A stretch of 64,000 bases of DNA, from positions 64,001-128,000 of IMG/VR virus record IMGVR_UViG_3300005573_000055; one strand, given 5' to 3'. The notes beneath the pieces were generated by a model. That model ran no database searches and had not been told where the DNA came from. It saw only the letters and a list, made by a program, of their open reading frames with translations. Source of the DNA: a virus. The translations under genes were made by a program, and so were the position numbers. Positions 9,956 to 19,511 of the stretch are shown here, one piece after another. The number at the start of each line of letters is the position of its first letter. The first letter of the stretch is position 1.

Positions 9956-10564
9956 TTATGTGGATAAGGCAATCTGTCCTGCTTTGACTCCAAGTAGTTC
10001 TTTTAGAGATTCTCTTGTAATAGTAATTACATTGTCAGACTTGGCTGATAAATTTATGTTACTGTCAAGGAAAGAGAATGTCACACGAAGGTTTTCAGTA
10101 TCATAATGAACAATCAGTTGTGATATTACATCCTTTGTAAGACTTTCTTTGGATAGGCTTACCATATATTCAGCATAAGTAAACGGATAATAGCTGTGAT
10201 ATAAGTCAGTGTATCGTGTAAGTATACGATTAAACTCAATAAAGTCCTCCATATTATATTTGGATGTAATGAAGATATTATTAATCCTAGTAGCATTTTG
10301 TTGGAATTCTGCTATAACACCTATTTTTTTGCTTCGACATAGAGATATTATATCATATTCATCCTCCGGCCTAATGGTTATTGGATTGATTAGCTTACAG
10401 AATTTGACTATTACTTCGTTTAGTGCAACTTTATCAGTTGCTCTTTGATCTTGGATATTTTCCATAGCGCACACTCTTATTTTTGACAATTGAAAACTAA
10501 CACCTATTTGAATCTGAGTGATGCTACAATAAAGTTTCTGAAAAGCGACTATTTCATTTATCAA
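9956..10564 (-). CDS. Hypothetical protein
   Basis: 202-aa ORF divergent from parA; start uncertain. Confidence 0.55.
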   Translation of the reverse strand: MINEIVAFQKLYCSITQIQIGVSFQLSKIRVCAMENIQDQRATDKVALNEVIVKFCKLINPITIRPEDEYDIISLCRSKKIGVIAEFQQNATRINNIFITSKYNMEDFIEFNRILTRYTDLYHSYYPFTYAEYMVSLSKESLTKDVISQLIVHYDTENLRVTFSFLDSNINLSAKSDNVITITRESLKELLGVKAGQIALST

Positions 10565-10586
10565 AAGAAATCCTTATAATTGCATT

Positions 10587-11351
10587 ATGACTATGATATT
10601 GTCAGTCGTTTCGCGAAAAGGAGGCACTGGTAAGACTACTACAGCAGTCAACCTTGCCGCATATTTGTCGGATAATTTCCGTGTACTGCTTATTGACATT
10701 GACTCACAATGCGGGGCTACCTATGAGTCGGGAATATACAATACAGACACTCCAGGCATAAATGATCTACTTACTGGCAAGAAATCTGTTGAAGAGGTGT
10801 TGCATAAAACTACATATAAGTATGACATGATTATATCAACTCCCATGCTTTCATTTACAGAAATGTCTATGAATAGGTATAATACTAATTACCTTAAGAA
10901 GCTTATATCTCCTATTGAAGATAGATATGATATTATCATTATAGATACACCGCCTACAGAATCACCATTGACTGCTTTCTCTATAGTGGCATCAACGCAT
11001 ATAATTATCACAGCTCAAACTGATCGTCGTTCCCTTGATAGTTTAGCTTTAACAGTTGATGAGGTTTATATTCTTAAAGAAAATGTAAATCCAAACCTTA
11101 AGATTATAGGCATACTCCCTACAATGCATTATTCAAAAGCCATAGTAAGCAGAGTCATGTTAGAGAAGATGCAGGAAAAGTATAAGGAGTTAGTGTTGCC
11201 GTTTATCGTCAAGTATAGTGCTGTATATAAGGAAGCATCTCTTGCATCGATACCTTTAAGATATTATCTCAATAAGTCTGCACTTGAGGATGAACCATAT
11301 AATAAACTTGCAACATATATAGGTGATATATGTCGAAATTCAACGAACTAA
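10587..11351 (+). CDS. parA: ParA/Soj family partition ATPase
   Basis: Deviant Walker A RKGGTGKTT; LLIDIDSQ; IIIDTPP; GILPTM. Confidence 0.95.
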   Translation: MTMILSVVSRKGGTGKTTTAVNLAAYLSDNFRVLLIDIDSQCGATYESGIYNTDTPGINDLLTGKKSVEEVLHKTTYKYDMIISTPMLSFTEMSMNRYNTNYLKKLISPIEDRYDIIIIDTPPTESPLTAFSIVASTHIIITAQTDRRSLDSLALTVDEVYILKENVNPNLKIIGILPTMHYSKAIVSRVMLEKMQEKYKELVLPFIVKYSAVYKEASLASIPLRYYLNKSALEDEPYNKLATYIGDICRNSTN

Positions 11352-11665
11352 GAAAGATGTACGAAAGACAGTCTCAGCAGATTACTGAGAAGATTGTCAT
11401 CACTGAAAAGATTAGCACTCCAGAAATTCCACAGAGCCAACAGATTGAGCCAAATGATATAAAGCTATTAATCTCTCAGATTCCTATTCAAAGATTTGAC
11501 TATAAGACCACAGTTTTCTTAACTGAAGAAGACTATCTTATGGTCAAACGCATTTTATACAAGCTTCAGCAAAGGAACAGGAAGATGACTTTTCGGCAGT
11601 TAATACACATAATGATACAAAAAGCTGGGTCAGAGATTGAAAAATTTTTAGACGGTCAGTCGTAA
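11330..11665 (+). CDS. Probable centromere-binding adaptor (ParG/omega-like ribbon-helix-helix)
   Basis: Overlaps parA; flexible N-terminus and C-terminal KTTVFLTEEDY...TFRQLIHIMIQ strand-helix-helix pattern. Confidence 0.7.
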   Translation: MSKFNELRKMYERQSQQITEKIVITEKISTPEIPQSQQIEPNDIKLLISQIPIQRFDYKTTVFLTEEDYLMVKRILYKLQQRNRKMTFRQLIHIMIQKAGSEIEKFLDGQS

Positions 11666-12060
11666 AGTCATATAGTCATAAAAGCATATCCTCATAAAGT
11701 AATACTATCATAAATGCGTATAACCATAAAACCGTATTATCACAAAGTCATACTGCCGTAAAGCTATAATATCATATAGTCATGCTTTCATAAAGTCATA
11801 AAATCATACTGCCGTAAAGTCGTACCTTAACAAAGTCATAAAGTCGTAAAGTCGTAAAGTCATATTATCACATAGTCATTCTTTCACAAAAGCATAAAGT
11901 CATAAAATCATATAGTCGCACTTTCATAGAACCATAAAGTCATATTATAATAAAGTCATACTATCATACAGCCATAAAATCATAATGTAGTAAAGTCATA
12001 CTATTATATAGTAATAAAGCCATACATTCTTAGAATCATAAAGTCATAAAATCATAAAGT
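11657..12060 (+). repeat. Degenerate 8-bp tandem array (consensus ~TAAAGTCA), putative centromere
   Basis: ~400 bp holding an 8-bp period (taaagtca, tatagtca, taaaatca, taaagtcg...) immediately after parA and the adaptor. Confidence 0.85.
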
Positions 12061-12858
12061 ATCAGTATTGCCAGACTGGCCTGTAATGTTAAGAAGCTGC
12101 TTTAACATATGCTCATTGATATAGATATCTTCATCGAACTCTTTAATTTCAGCAGGGAGATTTGGTTTGTTAGAATAAGAGTTTACAACTTCTTCAACAA
12201 GATAATCTATATCAGGACTTTTGCTGAAAGTTTCTTCTACCACTTCTTCATCTACAAGCTGCTCAGTCGGCATCTCTTGAATATTGCTTGATTTAGTGCT
12301 TACGGGCAGAGAACTTAGAGAGTTAATCTCTATATTTAACTTGCTTTCAGTGGTCTTGGAAAGTGTTTTCTTCTGTGCCGGAGGAGTACTTTCAGTCTTT
12401 ACCTCTTTGCTTTTAGGACTTACAGCTGGAATAGTAATCTTTTTCAATATAGCTTTTACTTTACCTGTAAGTTCATTAAACGATTTTGGTTTATGGTTTT
12501 CAATATGAAAATTACTGCCATAAATATAGATAGACAGATACATATCTGCAAGCTTTGCAAATACAATAAAGTTATATCCATAAACAGCTAAACTTCGGCT
12601 TGAAATTCCAACTCTTATAAATATGTGAGCAGTATTTTGGACGTCGATGCTTTGACCTAACTGTTTAATATAGGCCAATACTTGAAAACCTTTGGCTTTG
12701 AGCTCATCGACGAATTTGTATTTGTCATCCCTTGAAATCTGTCCAGCTGGGAGCTTATTAAAAGCTTCACCGATAATCTCCATAGTTGGAATCAGCTTTT
12801 CATCTGATTTAAGCACGACAACGTCGTCTAAGACGACGTAAATTGATTTTTTGTCCAT
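12052..12858 (-). CDS. Hypothetical protein
   Basis: Start moved to MDKKS with GGAG RBS. Confidence 0.6.
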   Translation of the reverse strand: MDKKSIYVVLDDVVVLKSDEKLIPTMEIIGEAFNKLPAGQISRDDKYKFVDELKAKGFQVLAYIKQLGQSIDVQNTAHIFIRVGISSRSLAVYGYNFIVFAKLADMYLSIYIYGSNFHIENHKPKSFNELTGKVKAILKKITIPAVSPKSKEVKTESTPPAQKKTLSKTTESKLNIEINSLSSLPVSTKSSNIQEMPTEQLVDEEVVEETFSKSPDIDYLVEEVVNSYSNKPNLPAEIKEFDEDIYINEHMLKQLLNITGQSGNTDTL

Positions 12859-13014
12859 TGATTTCTCCTTATATATTGTCTGACAGCGCCTTTTATTTAA
12901 AGCTTTGTCTGACACCTGTAAGACGCCTTTTAATGGAACGCTTTGTCTTACATGATTGCTATTGACCTGAATATTATTGCTTGCTTATTTTTGTGTATCA
13001 CAAATGGAGGAACC

Positions 13015-13239
13015 ATGTTTACAAAATACGACGCAAAACTTGACTTGAGAATTAGCAAAGAATATAAAGAATTTCTGCGTCAGCTATCACTTGAAGCTAA
13101 GCAACCAATGTCAAAACTTGCAAGAGAGTACCTTGAAAGCACTCTCCGCAAGATATACAGAAAGAAATTCAGTAATAAAGATGCTCAAAGCGATGCTTTA
13201 CCTCCTTCTGGCGAGAATAATAGCGGGGCAGGGGAGTGA
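13015..13239 (+). CDS. Ribbon-helix-helix DNA-binding protein
   Basis: KLDLRISKEYKEFLRQLSLEAKQPMSKLAREYL; GGAGG RBS before ATG at 13015. Confidence 0.75.
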   Translation: MFTKYDAKLDLRISKEYKEFLRQLSLEAKQPMSKLAREYLESTLRKIYRKKFSNKDAQSDALPPSGENNSGAGE

Positions 13240-13877
13240 CTTGCTTCTAGCGAGGGCACATAAGCTTTTCTTAAAAGCTTAATTATCATCATTGCATCAA
13301 AGTATGCATCATGTATGTGCTCTGTTGCCTCTTGATAGTTAAAGCCTGCTCTCATAATACATTCTTCCAAAGATGGAGGTTCAGTATCTGTAGACCAGTT
13401 AATGTATAATATCGATGGATCCAAATACCTCTGTCTAATAGCAATTCTATCCTTCCAGCCAGGAAGCCTTTCAAGAAACAATTTGTCAAAGGCACCAAAG
13501 TTTTTTCCTGCACAGGTAATTCTTATTCTATCATCCCAGTCAAGCTTAAAGCCATGGTCTATAAGCCAGCTTGCAACTTCATACACTACATTACTTTCAT
13601 GTAAGAGTTCCATTTCGATATCTTTACCGCCGCAGTTGTAGGTAACTGTACTTTTACTAGATTTTGTTTCGCCTAAAAGCTTTATGATTTTGCTGTTTAA
13701 TGCCATAGCCTTCATGTCCCCAGATATACGATTTCTTTTAATACCTATATTAAGGTAGGGGGGATTCGGAACTGGACGTTCTGTATCTTCCAATATCATT
13801 GCTATTTGAAGAATTTGGTCTTGTTCTGGATTTAAACCAGTTGTTTCTACATCAACAGAAATGTATTTCATTGTCAC
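13185..13877 (-). CDS. DEDDh 3'-5' exonuclease (DnaQ/oligoribonuclease-like)
   Basis: SVDVETTGL; GKNFGAFD; HDAYFDA. Confidence 0.9.
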   Translation of the reverse strand: MTMKYISVDVETTGLNPEQDQILQIAMILEDTERPVPNPPYLNIGIKRNRISGDMKAMALNSKIIKLLGETKSSKSTVTYNCGGKDIEMELLHESNVVYEVASWLIDHGFKLDWDDRIRITCAGKNFGAFDKLFLERLPGWKDRIAIRQRYLDPSILYINWSTDTEPPSLEECIMRAGFNYQEATEHIHDAYFDAMMIIKLLRKAYVPSLEASHSPAPLLFSPEGGKASL

Positions 13878-14371
13878 CTCACAAATTTATCACAGATTAT
13901 TTTATTTACAACCTTTATAGTTTTTTGATAGTTGCTATATATGTAGTAGTAATACTTAATTGCAGCGCGTGGACTTTCAAAGAAGATATGAAACTTCTTT
14001 GTACGTGGATAATATGCTGCCATAATTGTTGCGGCAATTAAGTCTAAGTTTTTGTAACGATAATGAGAAAAGTATTGCAGTTTCCCACCACTTACACTAA
14101 TTGGTACACAGAAGTCACTTGTCTTTACCTCGGCTGAACCGTGAAAATATTTATAGATGTCAAGTAATTTTAACACCATGTCAATATATTTATAGTATAA
14201 GCCAATATCTTCAATCTCATATGTTAGATGCTTTCTTCTTATGTCATGAATCTCTGTAATGTAAGTTACAGGCTCTTTAAATACACTATTGATAAGCTTT
14301 TCTCCTAAAGCATCAAATTTAAGCCTTTCGGATACAATCATGACATATTCAAACCGCTCATCTTTAATCAT
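13874..14371 (-). CDS. Hypothetical protein
   Basis: 165-aa co-oriented ORF. Confidence 0.55.
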   Translation of the reverse strand: MIKDERFEYVMIVSERLKFDALGEKLINSVFKEPVTYITEIHDIRRKHLTYEIEDIGLYYKYIDMVLKLLDIYKYFHGSAEVKTSDFCVPISVSGGKLQYFSHYRYKNLDLIAATIMAAYYPRTKKFHIFFESPRAAIKYYYYIYSNYQKTIKVVNKIICDKFVR

Positions 14372-14382
14372 GTCAGTATTTC

Positions 14383-15006
14383 CTAAATAGTTTCTTCAAT
14401 CCTGTCGAGCATTAAGTCAGATGTTACTTTTCTAAATCTGTTTATATACTCTTCAGAATATGCACCATAGTATCTTGATATGACTTTCTCAACAAGATTA
14501 TATCTTCCTTTAGATTTTTCCTGATTTGATATTGTTCTTAGTATATAAGCTGATGCTTCTATTGAAACATCAGGCAAGTAGAGTTCCATGTAACTGTGTG
14601 CAATATCTCTATGTTTGAGACTATCAGACCAAAACTCCCAGATGACAGCACTTATACCATGGGCCCTTGTGGTAACAGGTTTACCTTTCACGTGCAGCTT
14701 GATAGGGCTGTGTCTCGCATCTAATCTGTAGTCTGATTCAATCTTAATTATAGCATAAACAAGCAGGGGAGAGATACTGTACTTTTTTGAGTATTGCTCT
14801 ATGGCATTAATGTAAATATTAGTAATTTTCTCTGAGCATCCTATCTTATGCAAATCTTTCCTTATTAAGTATATATCATCGCTAGCAACTTCTGCCTTAA
14901 CAGAGTTGCTTTTACTGTAAATACGACCATAATAAGTACTTAGCGATACCATAGCAGCTAAAGATAAAAGTAATGGCAGTAATATTTTTAACATGCGCTT
15001 ATTCAT
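14383..15006 (-). CDS. Lytic transglycosylase (SLT domain) with N-terminal anchor
   Basis: Hydrophobic N-terminus; YSISPLLVYAIIKIESDY; LYLPDVSIEASAYIL; RYYG. Confidence 0.85.
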   Translation of the reverse strand: MNKRMLKILLPLLLSLAAMVSLSTYYGRIYSKSNSVKAEVASDDIYLIRKDLHKIGCSEKITNIYINAIEQYSKKYSISPLLVYAIIKIESDYRLDARHSPIKLHVKGKPVTTRAHGISAVIWEFWSDSLKHRDIAHSYMELYLPDVSIEASAYILRTISNQEKSKGRYNLVEKVISRYYGAYSEEYINRFRKVTSDLMLDRIEETI

Positions 15007-15026
15007 ATACCTCCTTAGTATTTATT

Positions 15027-15242
15027 TTAGGATTTCTTTTTGTAGTCATTGACGTAGAAACCTGCGCCTTTAAAGACAAGCATTGTAGAACCTGAATAAG
15101 ATCGGCGCAGAAGCTCACCGCATTTTTCGCAGGTGAGTTTGTCTTTCATATCATCATATTTTTCTACAGGAATGATAAACTCTACAGCTATGTCAAAGTT
15201 TTCACATTCAGTATTGGTGCACTTAAACTCATAGATGGGCAT
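15027..15242 (-). CDS. FmdB-family zinc-ribbon protein
   Basis: MPIYEFKC..C...CEKCG...FKGAGFYVNDY. Confidence 0.85.
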   Translation of the reverse strand: MPIYEFKCTNTECENFDIAVEFIIPVEKYDDMKDKLTCEKCGELLRRSYSGSTMLVFKGAGFYVNDYKKKS

Positions 15243-15329
15243 AATTTGCCTCCTTAGATTGGTGATAAAAATCTGCACATAATCTATCTTATGTAAACTA
15301 AGTCCTATAAGTTGTTATTTTACAATGAG

Positions 15330-15641
15330 TTATAGGTATGTCTCCTCTGGGTGTTTTATGGATATGAATGACTTAAGATGCTTCTCAAGTTGTTCGTGCA
15401 ATTTTGGATTGCCGCACTCTGTGCAGTAATATTCCAGTATGTAGTCGCTGTCTGAATTTGCATTCATTACATCATATGGATTATCACACATGTTTTCAAT
15501 CATATCTTCAACTGTAAAGCTTGGATGATATTCTACTACAAAAAGGCGTATTTCACCTTTAAGACAATTCCGGCATTTACCTATATTTCTATGTTTATCT
15601 ACCAACTTCTTGAACTTTTCGAAATCCTCATCTGATGTCAT
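15330..15641 (-). CDS. Zinc-binding hypothetical protein (paralog of 16780-17091)
   Basis: KCRNC ... CTECGNP. Confidence 0.6.
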   Translation of the reverse strand: MTSDEDFEKFKKLVDKHRNIGKCRNCLKGEIRLFVVEYHPSFTVEDMIENMCDNPYDVMNANSDSDYILEYYCTECGNPKLHEQLEKHLKSFISIKHPEETYL

Positions 15642-15652
15642 TTAAAACCTCC

Positions 15653-16783
15653 TTAAGTTTTTAGTATTTTCTTTCGCACCAAAGAAATCTTTGTGGTCTT
15701 AAAATATCTCAAGTATGTTGTGGGACTTGGCAGTCCTCTTTCTTTGGCAAGCTTTCTATATTCGCTGTAAGGCGGTACGTGACCTAGTTCTTCGCACAGA
15801 TCCTTATATATCTTAGAGAGCATTTTTATAGTATATCTTTTGTGTATACGTCCTATAGGCCTAAAGCCTGCATGAAGTCGGAGTTCATTCATCCCGCCAA
15901 ATCTTACGCAGAATACATCTGCGTTGTAGATTTCATCGCTGTTATTTAGCATTTCAGATGTAGCACCATATTCATAACAGCCATACTTCATTGAAAATGC
16001 TTTATACATTTCAATTAGTTCTTCATTGGTTTCAGTTACCTCTTCGGGTGAAGAATTAGCTGGTTTTATCCCCGCAGCTTTAATTGCATTTATCCACGAG
16101 CCAAAGTATTTTTTGTAATGATGGTCCTTAAAGCCAAGCTTATCCAGCTCTGTAGATGCCGGAGCTTTACCATATTTCTTATAATACTCCTTTATCCTTT
16201 TAAGGATTATTTCTCTTGTTATAGGTGGCTCTTTTAGGCCATATAGAATGAGTATATCATTATATTTAAGATTAAACTTAGTCCTTATATAGTTTATGCT
16301 TGGAACATAGCTTGCATCTCTCCTTCTGTCAAAGTCATGCCAGTTCTTCGGCTTAATCCGCTTAAACTCGCGGATAAATCTTTTGATGACTTCTTCTTTA
16401 GTCAAAGACTCATAGAACTCCCTTTTATTAGTTCTCAAGGGAGATGAACCAAAAATCTCCATGCATATGTCAAACCATGTCTTGTTGCCGAAATACTCTT
16501 TTATTGTCTTCATGTCTATTCTATAAACCTTATACATATCGGCAAGATATGGTATGCGCTTATACTTCTTATAAAACTTCATTGCTAGTTCTGCTATGTA
16601 CTCCCTTGAAAGATCCTTGTGAACATTTACTGGAAGATTAGCTTTCTTAAGAGCATTGTTCCATGAGCCAAATCTTGAATATGCAAACCAATGAATGCTA
16701 TATGGCATTTCTTTTCTTTTTGGAGAGCGGCCATGTTTCTTATAGAAATCTTTAAGGTGTTGAATAAACTCCTTACGGGTCAT
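15653..16783 (-). CDS. Homing-endonuclease-associated repeat protein (no nuclease domain seen)
   Basis: Several repeats such as RFGSWNNALKKA, YFGSWINAIKAAG, RFGGMNELRLHAG, each preceded by xxxGRxP-like helices. Confidence 0.75.
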   Translation of the reverse strand: MTRKEFIQHLKDFYKKHGRSPKRKEMPYSIHWFAYSRFGSWNNALKKANLPVNVHKDLSREYIAELAMKFYKKYKRIPYLADMYKVYRIDMKTIKEYFGNKTWFDICMEIFGSSPLRTNKREFYESLTKEEVIKRFIREFKRIKPKNWHDFDRRRDASYVPSINYIRTKFNLKYNDILILYGLKEPPITREIILKRIKEYYKKYGKAPASTELDKLGFKDHHYKKYFGSWINAIKAAGIKPANSSPEEVTETNEELIEMYKAFSMKYGCYEYGATSEMLNNSDEIYNADVFCVRFGGMNELRLHAGFRPIGRIHKRYTIKMLSKIYKDLCEELGHVPPYSEYRKLAKERGLPSPTTYLRYFKTTKISLVRKKILKT

Positions 16784-17091
16784 ACGTCTTGGTTATAATC
16801 CCCTATTTCATTTACTATTTCAAAATTGTCTTTAAGTATCTTTCTAAGCTCGTCTGTAATAGCTGGCTTTCCACAGTATTCACAATTAATATGCAACGCA
16901 AAATATGCTTGGTCATATAGAGGACTGAAGTCGCCATCCATAAAGCATGACAGTAAAACATCTATGTCAAATGCATCATATATGGAAACCATGTGGAAAA
17001 TTATGTCGTTGCCGCAGTTTTGGCATTTGAGCTTCTCCGGATGGTGCTCTTTGAGCTCTTCTAATACCTTTACTTCTTCGCTGAAGTTCAT
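16780..17091 (-). CDS. Zinc-binding hypothetical protein
   Basis: KCQNCG ... CEYCGKP. Confidence 0.6.
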   Translation of the reverse strand: MNFSEEVKVLEELKEHHPEKLKCQNCGNDIIFHMVSIYDAFDIDVLLSCFMDGDFSPLYDQAYFALHINCEYCGKPAITDELRKILKDNFEIVNEIGDYNQDV

Positions 17092-17095
17092 TTTT

Positions 17096-17443
17096 CTATT
17101 CCTCCGTAAGGTTTATATGTACGATTGCGTTGTCACGGAATAAAGATATTATTCTCCTTAAGAACTCAAGTCTCTTGATGACTTCATCATACTGATTGTC
17201 AATACTGATGTCTAAATTCATAACATTCACATAAGGCAGTATCCTATCATCGATGTCATCAAGTACTTCATCAATTACATCACGAAAGTCTTCTACGGTT
17301 AAATAATCCTGCAGTGCATGGTCATATATTATACTCAAAGCAAGCACTTCCATATTATCCATTGGAGTTATTTCTACTGCAGTTTGAAGGCGCAGCTTAT
17401 ATCCAAGTTGATTTAAGGTATGTTTTGTTTTTGTTTCATTCAT
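17096..17443 (-). CDS. Hypothetical protein
   Basis: Co-oriented ORF with GAGG RBS. Confidence 0.55.
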   Translation of the reverse strand: MNETKTKHTLNQLGYKLRLQTAVEITPMDNMEVLALSIIYDHALQDYLTVEDFRDVIDEVLDDIDDRILPYVNVMNLDISIDNQYDEVIKRLEFLRRIISLFRDNAIVHINLTEE

Positions 17444-17684
17444 AGTAACTACCTCGTTCTACTTTGAATAAAGTCGATTCATCAAAGAGAAGAATATCGA
17501 GATTGATAATAGCTTCGAGTTTTGACTCAAGATTGGACATACAGAATGATGCAAGTTCTTCTCCTTTGCGCGGAATGTAAGTATATCCAATGAGTTTGTC
17601 GAGATCTCTTTCCATAGCAGGATCTCTTGGACCGCCAACTTTTATTACAAGAACAGGCTGAACTTCTTGAATGATACTTGCCAT
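17436..17684 (-). CDS. Hypothetical protein
   Basis: First gene after promoter motif copy 2; AAGGAG RBS. Confidence 0.6.
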   Translation of the reverse strand: MASIIQEVQPVLVIKVGGPRDPAMERDLDKLIGYTYIPRKGEELASFCMSNLESKLEAIINLDILLFDESTLFKVERGSYYE

Positions 17685-17710
17685 ATAAACTCCTTTATTA
17701 CTTATTAAAT

Positions 17711-17735
17711 AAAACCTTTTATTCTACTAATTAAT
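17711..17735 (-). promoter_or_regulatory. Conserved 25-bp promoter-like motif, copy 2
   Basis: Identical to 6006-6030. Confidence 0.65.
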
Positions 17736-17787
17736 ATCCACTGAGTCACCATAGTTAGTATTCTAAGTAAAGCTTGTATATCAATAA

Positions 17788-18219
17788 TTAATTATGCTGC
17801 GGCTCTATGAAAGTCTCATCTTTTATGATTTTGCCAAATTTATCTTTCTTGTTGCCTTTAGCGTCATTGTGTTGACATATAGTACTCAGTACCTTTTTAG
17901 GATCATAACCGGCTATATATATTGCACCGATAGCGATATAAATTATATCTCCTAAAGCGTCAACCATATCAGAGGCCGTCATTTGACGTTCTGGATTGGT
18001 TGCAATTACCACCTTGCCGTTTTTAACATAGCTTGATATGTTTGAATGTTTAGAAGCAAACTCTCTTGATAAAGCTTTGGCTTCATTTCTTTCATATCCG
18101 CAAAACTCAAACAGCTCTTCTGCTAAGAGCATTGTTTGAAGATGATGGTTGAATTCTTTGAGTAAGTCTCTATCTTTATTCCAATTATATATTGATTGAA
18201 AGATTTCTTCTGCTGTCAT
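17788..18219 (-). CDS. MazG-like nucleotide pyrophosphohydrolase
   Basis: LAEELFE ... MVDALGDIIYIAIG ... NDAK...KDKFGKIIK. Confidence 0.8.
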   Translation of the reverse strand: MTAEEIFQSIYNWNKDRDLLKEFNHHLQTMLLAEELFEFCGYERNEAKALSREFASKHSNISSYVKNGKVVIATNPERQMTASDMVDALGDIIYIAIGAIYIAGYDPKKVLSTICQHNDAKGNKKDKFGKIIKDETFIEPQHN

Positions 18220-18228
18220 GTTTACTCC

Positions 18229-18597
18229 TTATTTCTTTTTTACTTTTACTGTACCAACTGTACCAATACCAACTTTACCTTTTTTATCAACAGTAATGGT
18301 GCTTATGCTGCTGGGTTGCTTAGATTGCTTTAGCTCTTTAAGACAGCTTGCGCATACCATACATGCATTGTCTTCGTCGTAGTAATATGTCTCTTCCCCG
18401 CAGAAAGAACAATATCCACTATGGTTGTCGTATAACACATTCCAGTTACTCAGTGGCATATAGTCATAACCTAGCTTCAATATACGAAGCTGAACTCTGT
18501 AATAAGCTAGTTCTTCACCGAGCTCATCAAAGACACTTTCTATTGTTTGTCTTACTCTGTCAGATAGTTTTGCTTCAAGTTTAGTTAGCTCATTCAT
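18229..18597 (-). CDS. Zinc-finger hypothetical protein
   Basis: CSFCGE ... VCASC. Confidence 0.55.
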   Translation of the reverse strand: MNELTKLEAKLSDRVRQTIESVFDELGEELAYYRVQLRILKLGYDYMPLSNWNVLYDNHSGYCSFCGEETYYYDEDNACMVCASCLKELKQSKQPSSISTITVDKKGKVGIGTVGTVKVKKK

Positions 18598-18612
18598 CCT
18601 TAAACTCCTTCT

Positions 18613-18843
18613 TTATTTTGGTTCTTTAATTGGAATCCCTTGCCGAAGCATTCTTTCAAAGTTTTCTTTCTTAACAGCGTCAAGATTCCTTAATGCTTCT
18701 TCAACTGTTTCGCCGTCTGCAATAAAAGCATCACGACCAAGAAGCGGTATGCAAGCTGAATAACCTCCGCCTTCATCCTTTGGTATTTTGGTTATCTCAA
18801 TAGTGTAGCTTAAGTTTAAGTAATATTCCAAGTTCTTTTTCAT
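18613..18843 (-). CDS. hicB: HicB-family antitoxin-like protein (orphan)
   Basis: YTIEI...EGGGYSACIPLLG...ADGETVEEALRNL...GIPIKEP. Confidence 0.85.
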   Translation of the reverse strand: MKKNLEYYLNLSYTIEITKIPKDEGGGYSACIPLLGRDAFIADGETVEEALRNLDAVKKENFERMLRQGIPIKEPK

Positions 18844-18855
18844 GAGTATATTCCT

Positions 18856-19206
18856 TTAAATTTTAGAATATTCAGCAAGGAAGAAGTCAAAATCATTCTC
18901 ATCAAGACTTAGCTGAAACTCCCTGTCAGACTTAAGCTCTGGTCTTTCAGGTCGCCACTTAAGTCTCATAATAAGCATTTTATCGCCCTCTGTAAGATTA
19001 CTTATATTTGCTCTGTTTATTAAAAGCTCAATTCCAGTCCATTGTTTAATCAGTTCTATATTGGCTCTATAACCAATATAGTTTTCGAGCGTTTTGGAAT
19101 TGTAAGCTTCTCTAAGATAGTTTGTAAACTCTTCCTTTGAAATTCTTCGAAGAGCATACACGCCTGGAGAAGGCATCATTGCTGAATTAAGCAGTAAGGT
19201 TTTCAT
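18856..19206 (-). CDS. DUF1874 (STIV B116/YddF, AcrIII-1-like) protein
   Basis: LLNSAMMP..G.Y..RRISKEE...NYIGY...TGIELLINR...LTEGDKMLIMRL..RP; GY in place of the usual GH. Confidence 0.75.
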   Translation of the reverse strand: MKTLLLNSAMMPSPGVYALRRISKEEFTNYLREAYNSKTLENYIGYRANIELIKQWTGIELLINRANISNLTEGDKMLIMRLKWRPERPELKSDREFQLSLDENDFDFFLAEYSKI

Positions 19207-19253
19207 TAGCACTCCTTGTTTGTCTTACAAATATAATAGGCAAAATAATAAGT

Positions 19254-19511
19254 TTAACTAACCAAATAATTAAGCAATTTCTCAATATATTCTATCATCT
19301 CTTCAGAAGTATCTTCTGGCAAAGTATACATGCCACTGCTATATACTAGGTCATAAATAAGATCATCTTTGCTGTAAACTGGATCTTCAGGCATGGGATG
19401 TTTCTCTATGTAGTTAAGTATATCTTCCTCGGCAATATCTAAATATATTGGATCTATCGCCGTAAAAAAACTGTCTTCGATTGCTGCAAGTACACGTTTA
19501 ATTACTATCAC
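19254..19511 (-). CDS. Hypothetical acidic protein
   Basis: Co-oriented ORF. Confidence 0.5.
   Translation of the reverse strand: MIVIKRVLAAIEDSFFTAIDPIYLDIAEEDILNYIEKHPMPEDPVYSKDDLIYDLVYSSGMYTLPEDTSEEMIEYIEKLLNYLVS

Noticed and set aside
11657-12060. CRISPR array or coding repeat
   Set aside because: Continuous 8-bp period with no unique spacers; context fits a centromere
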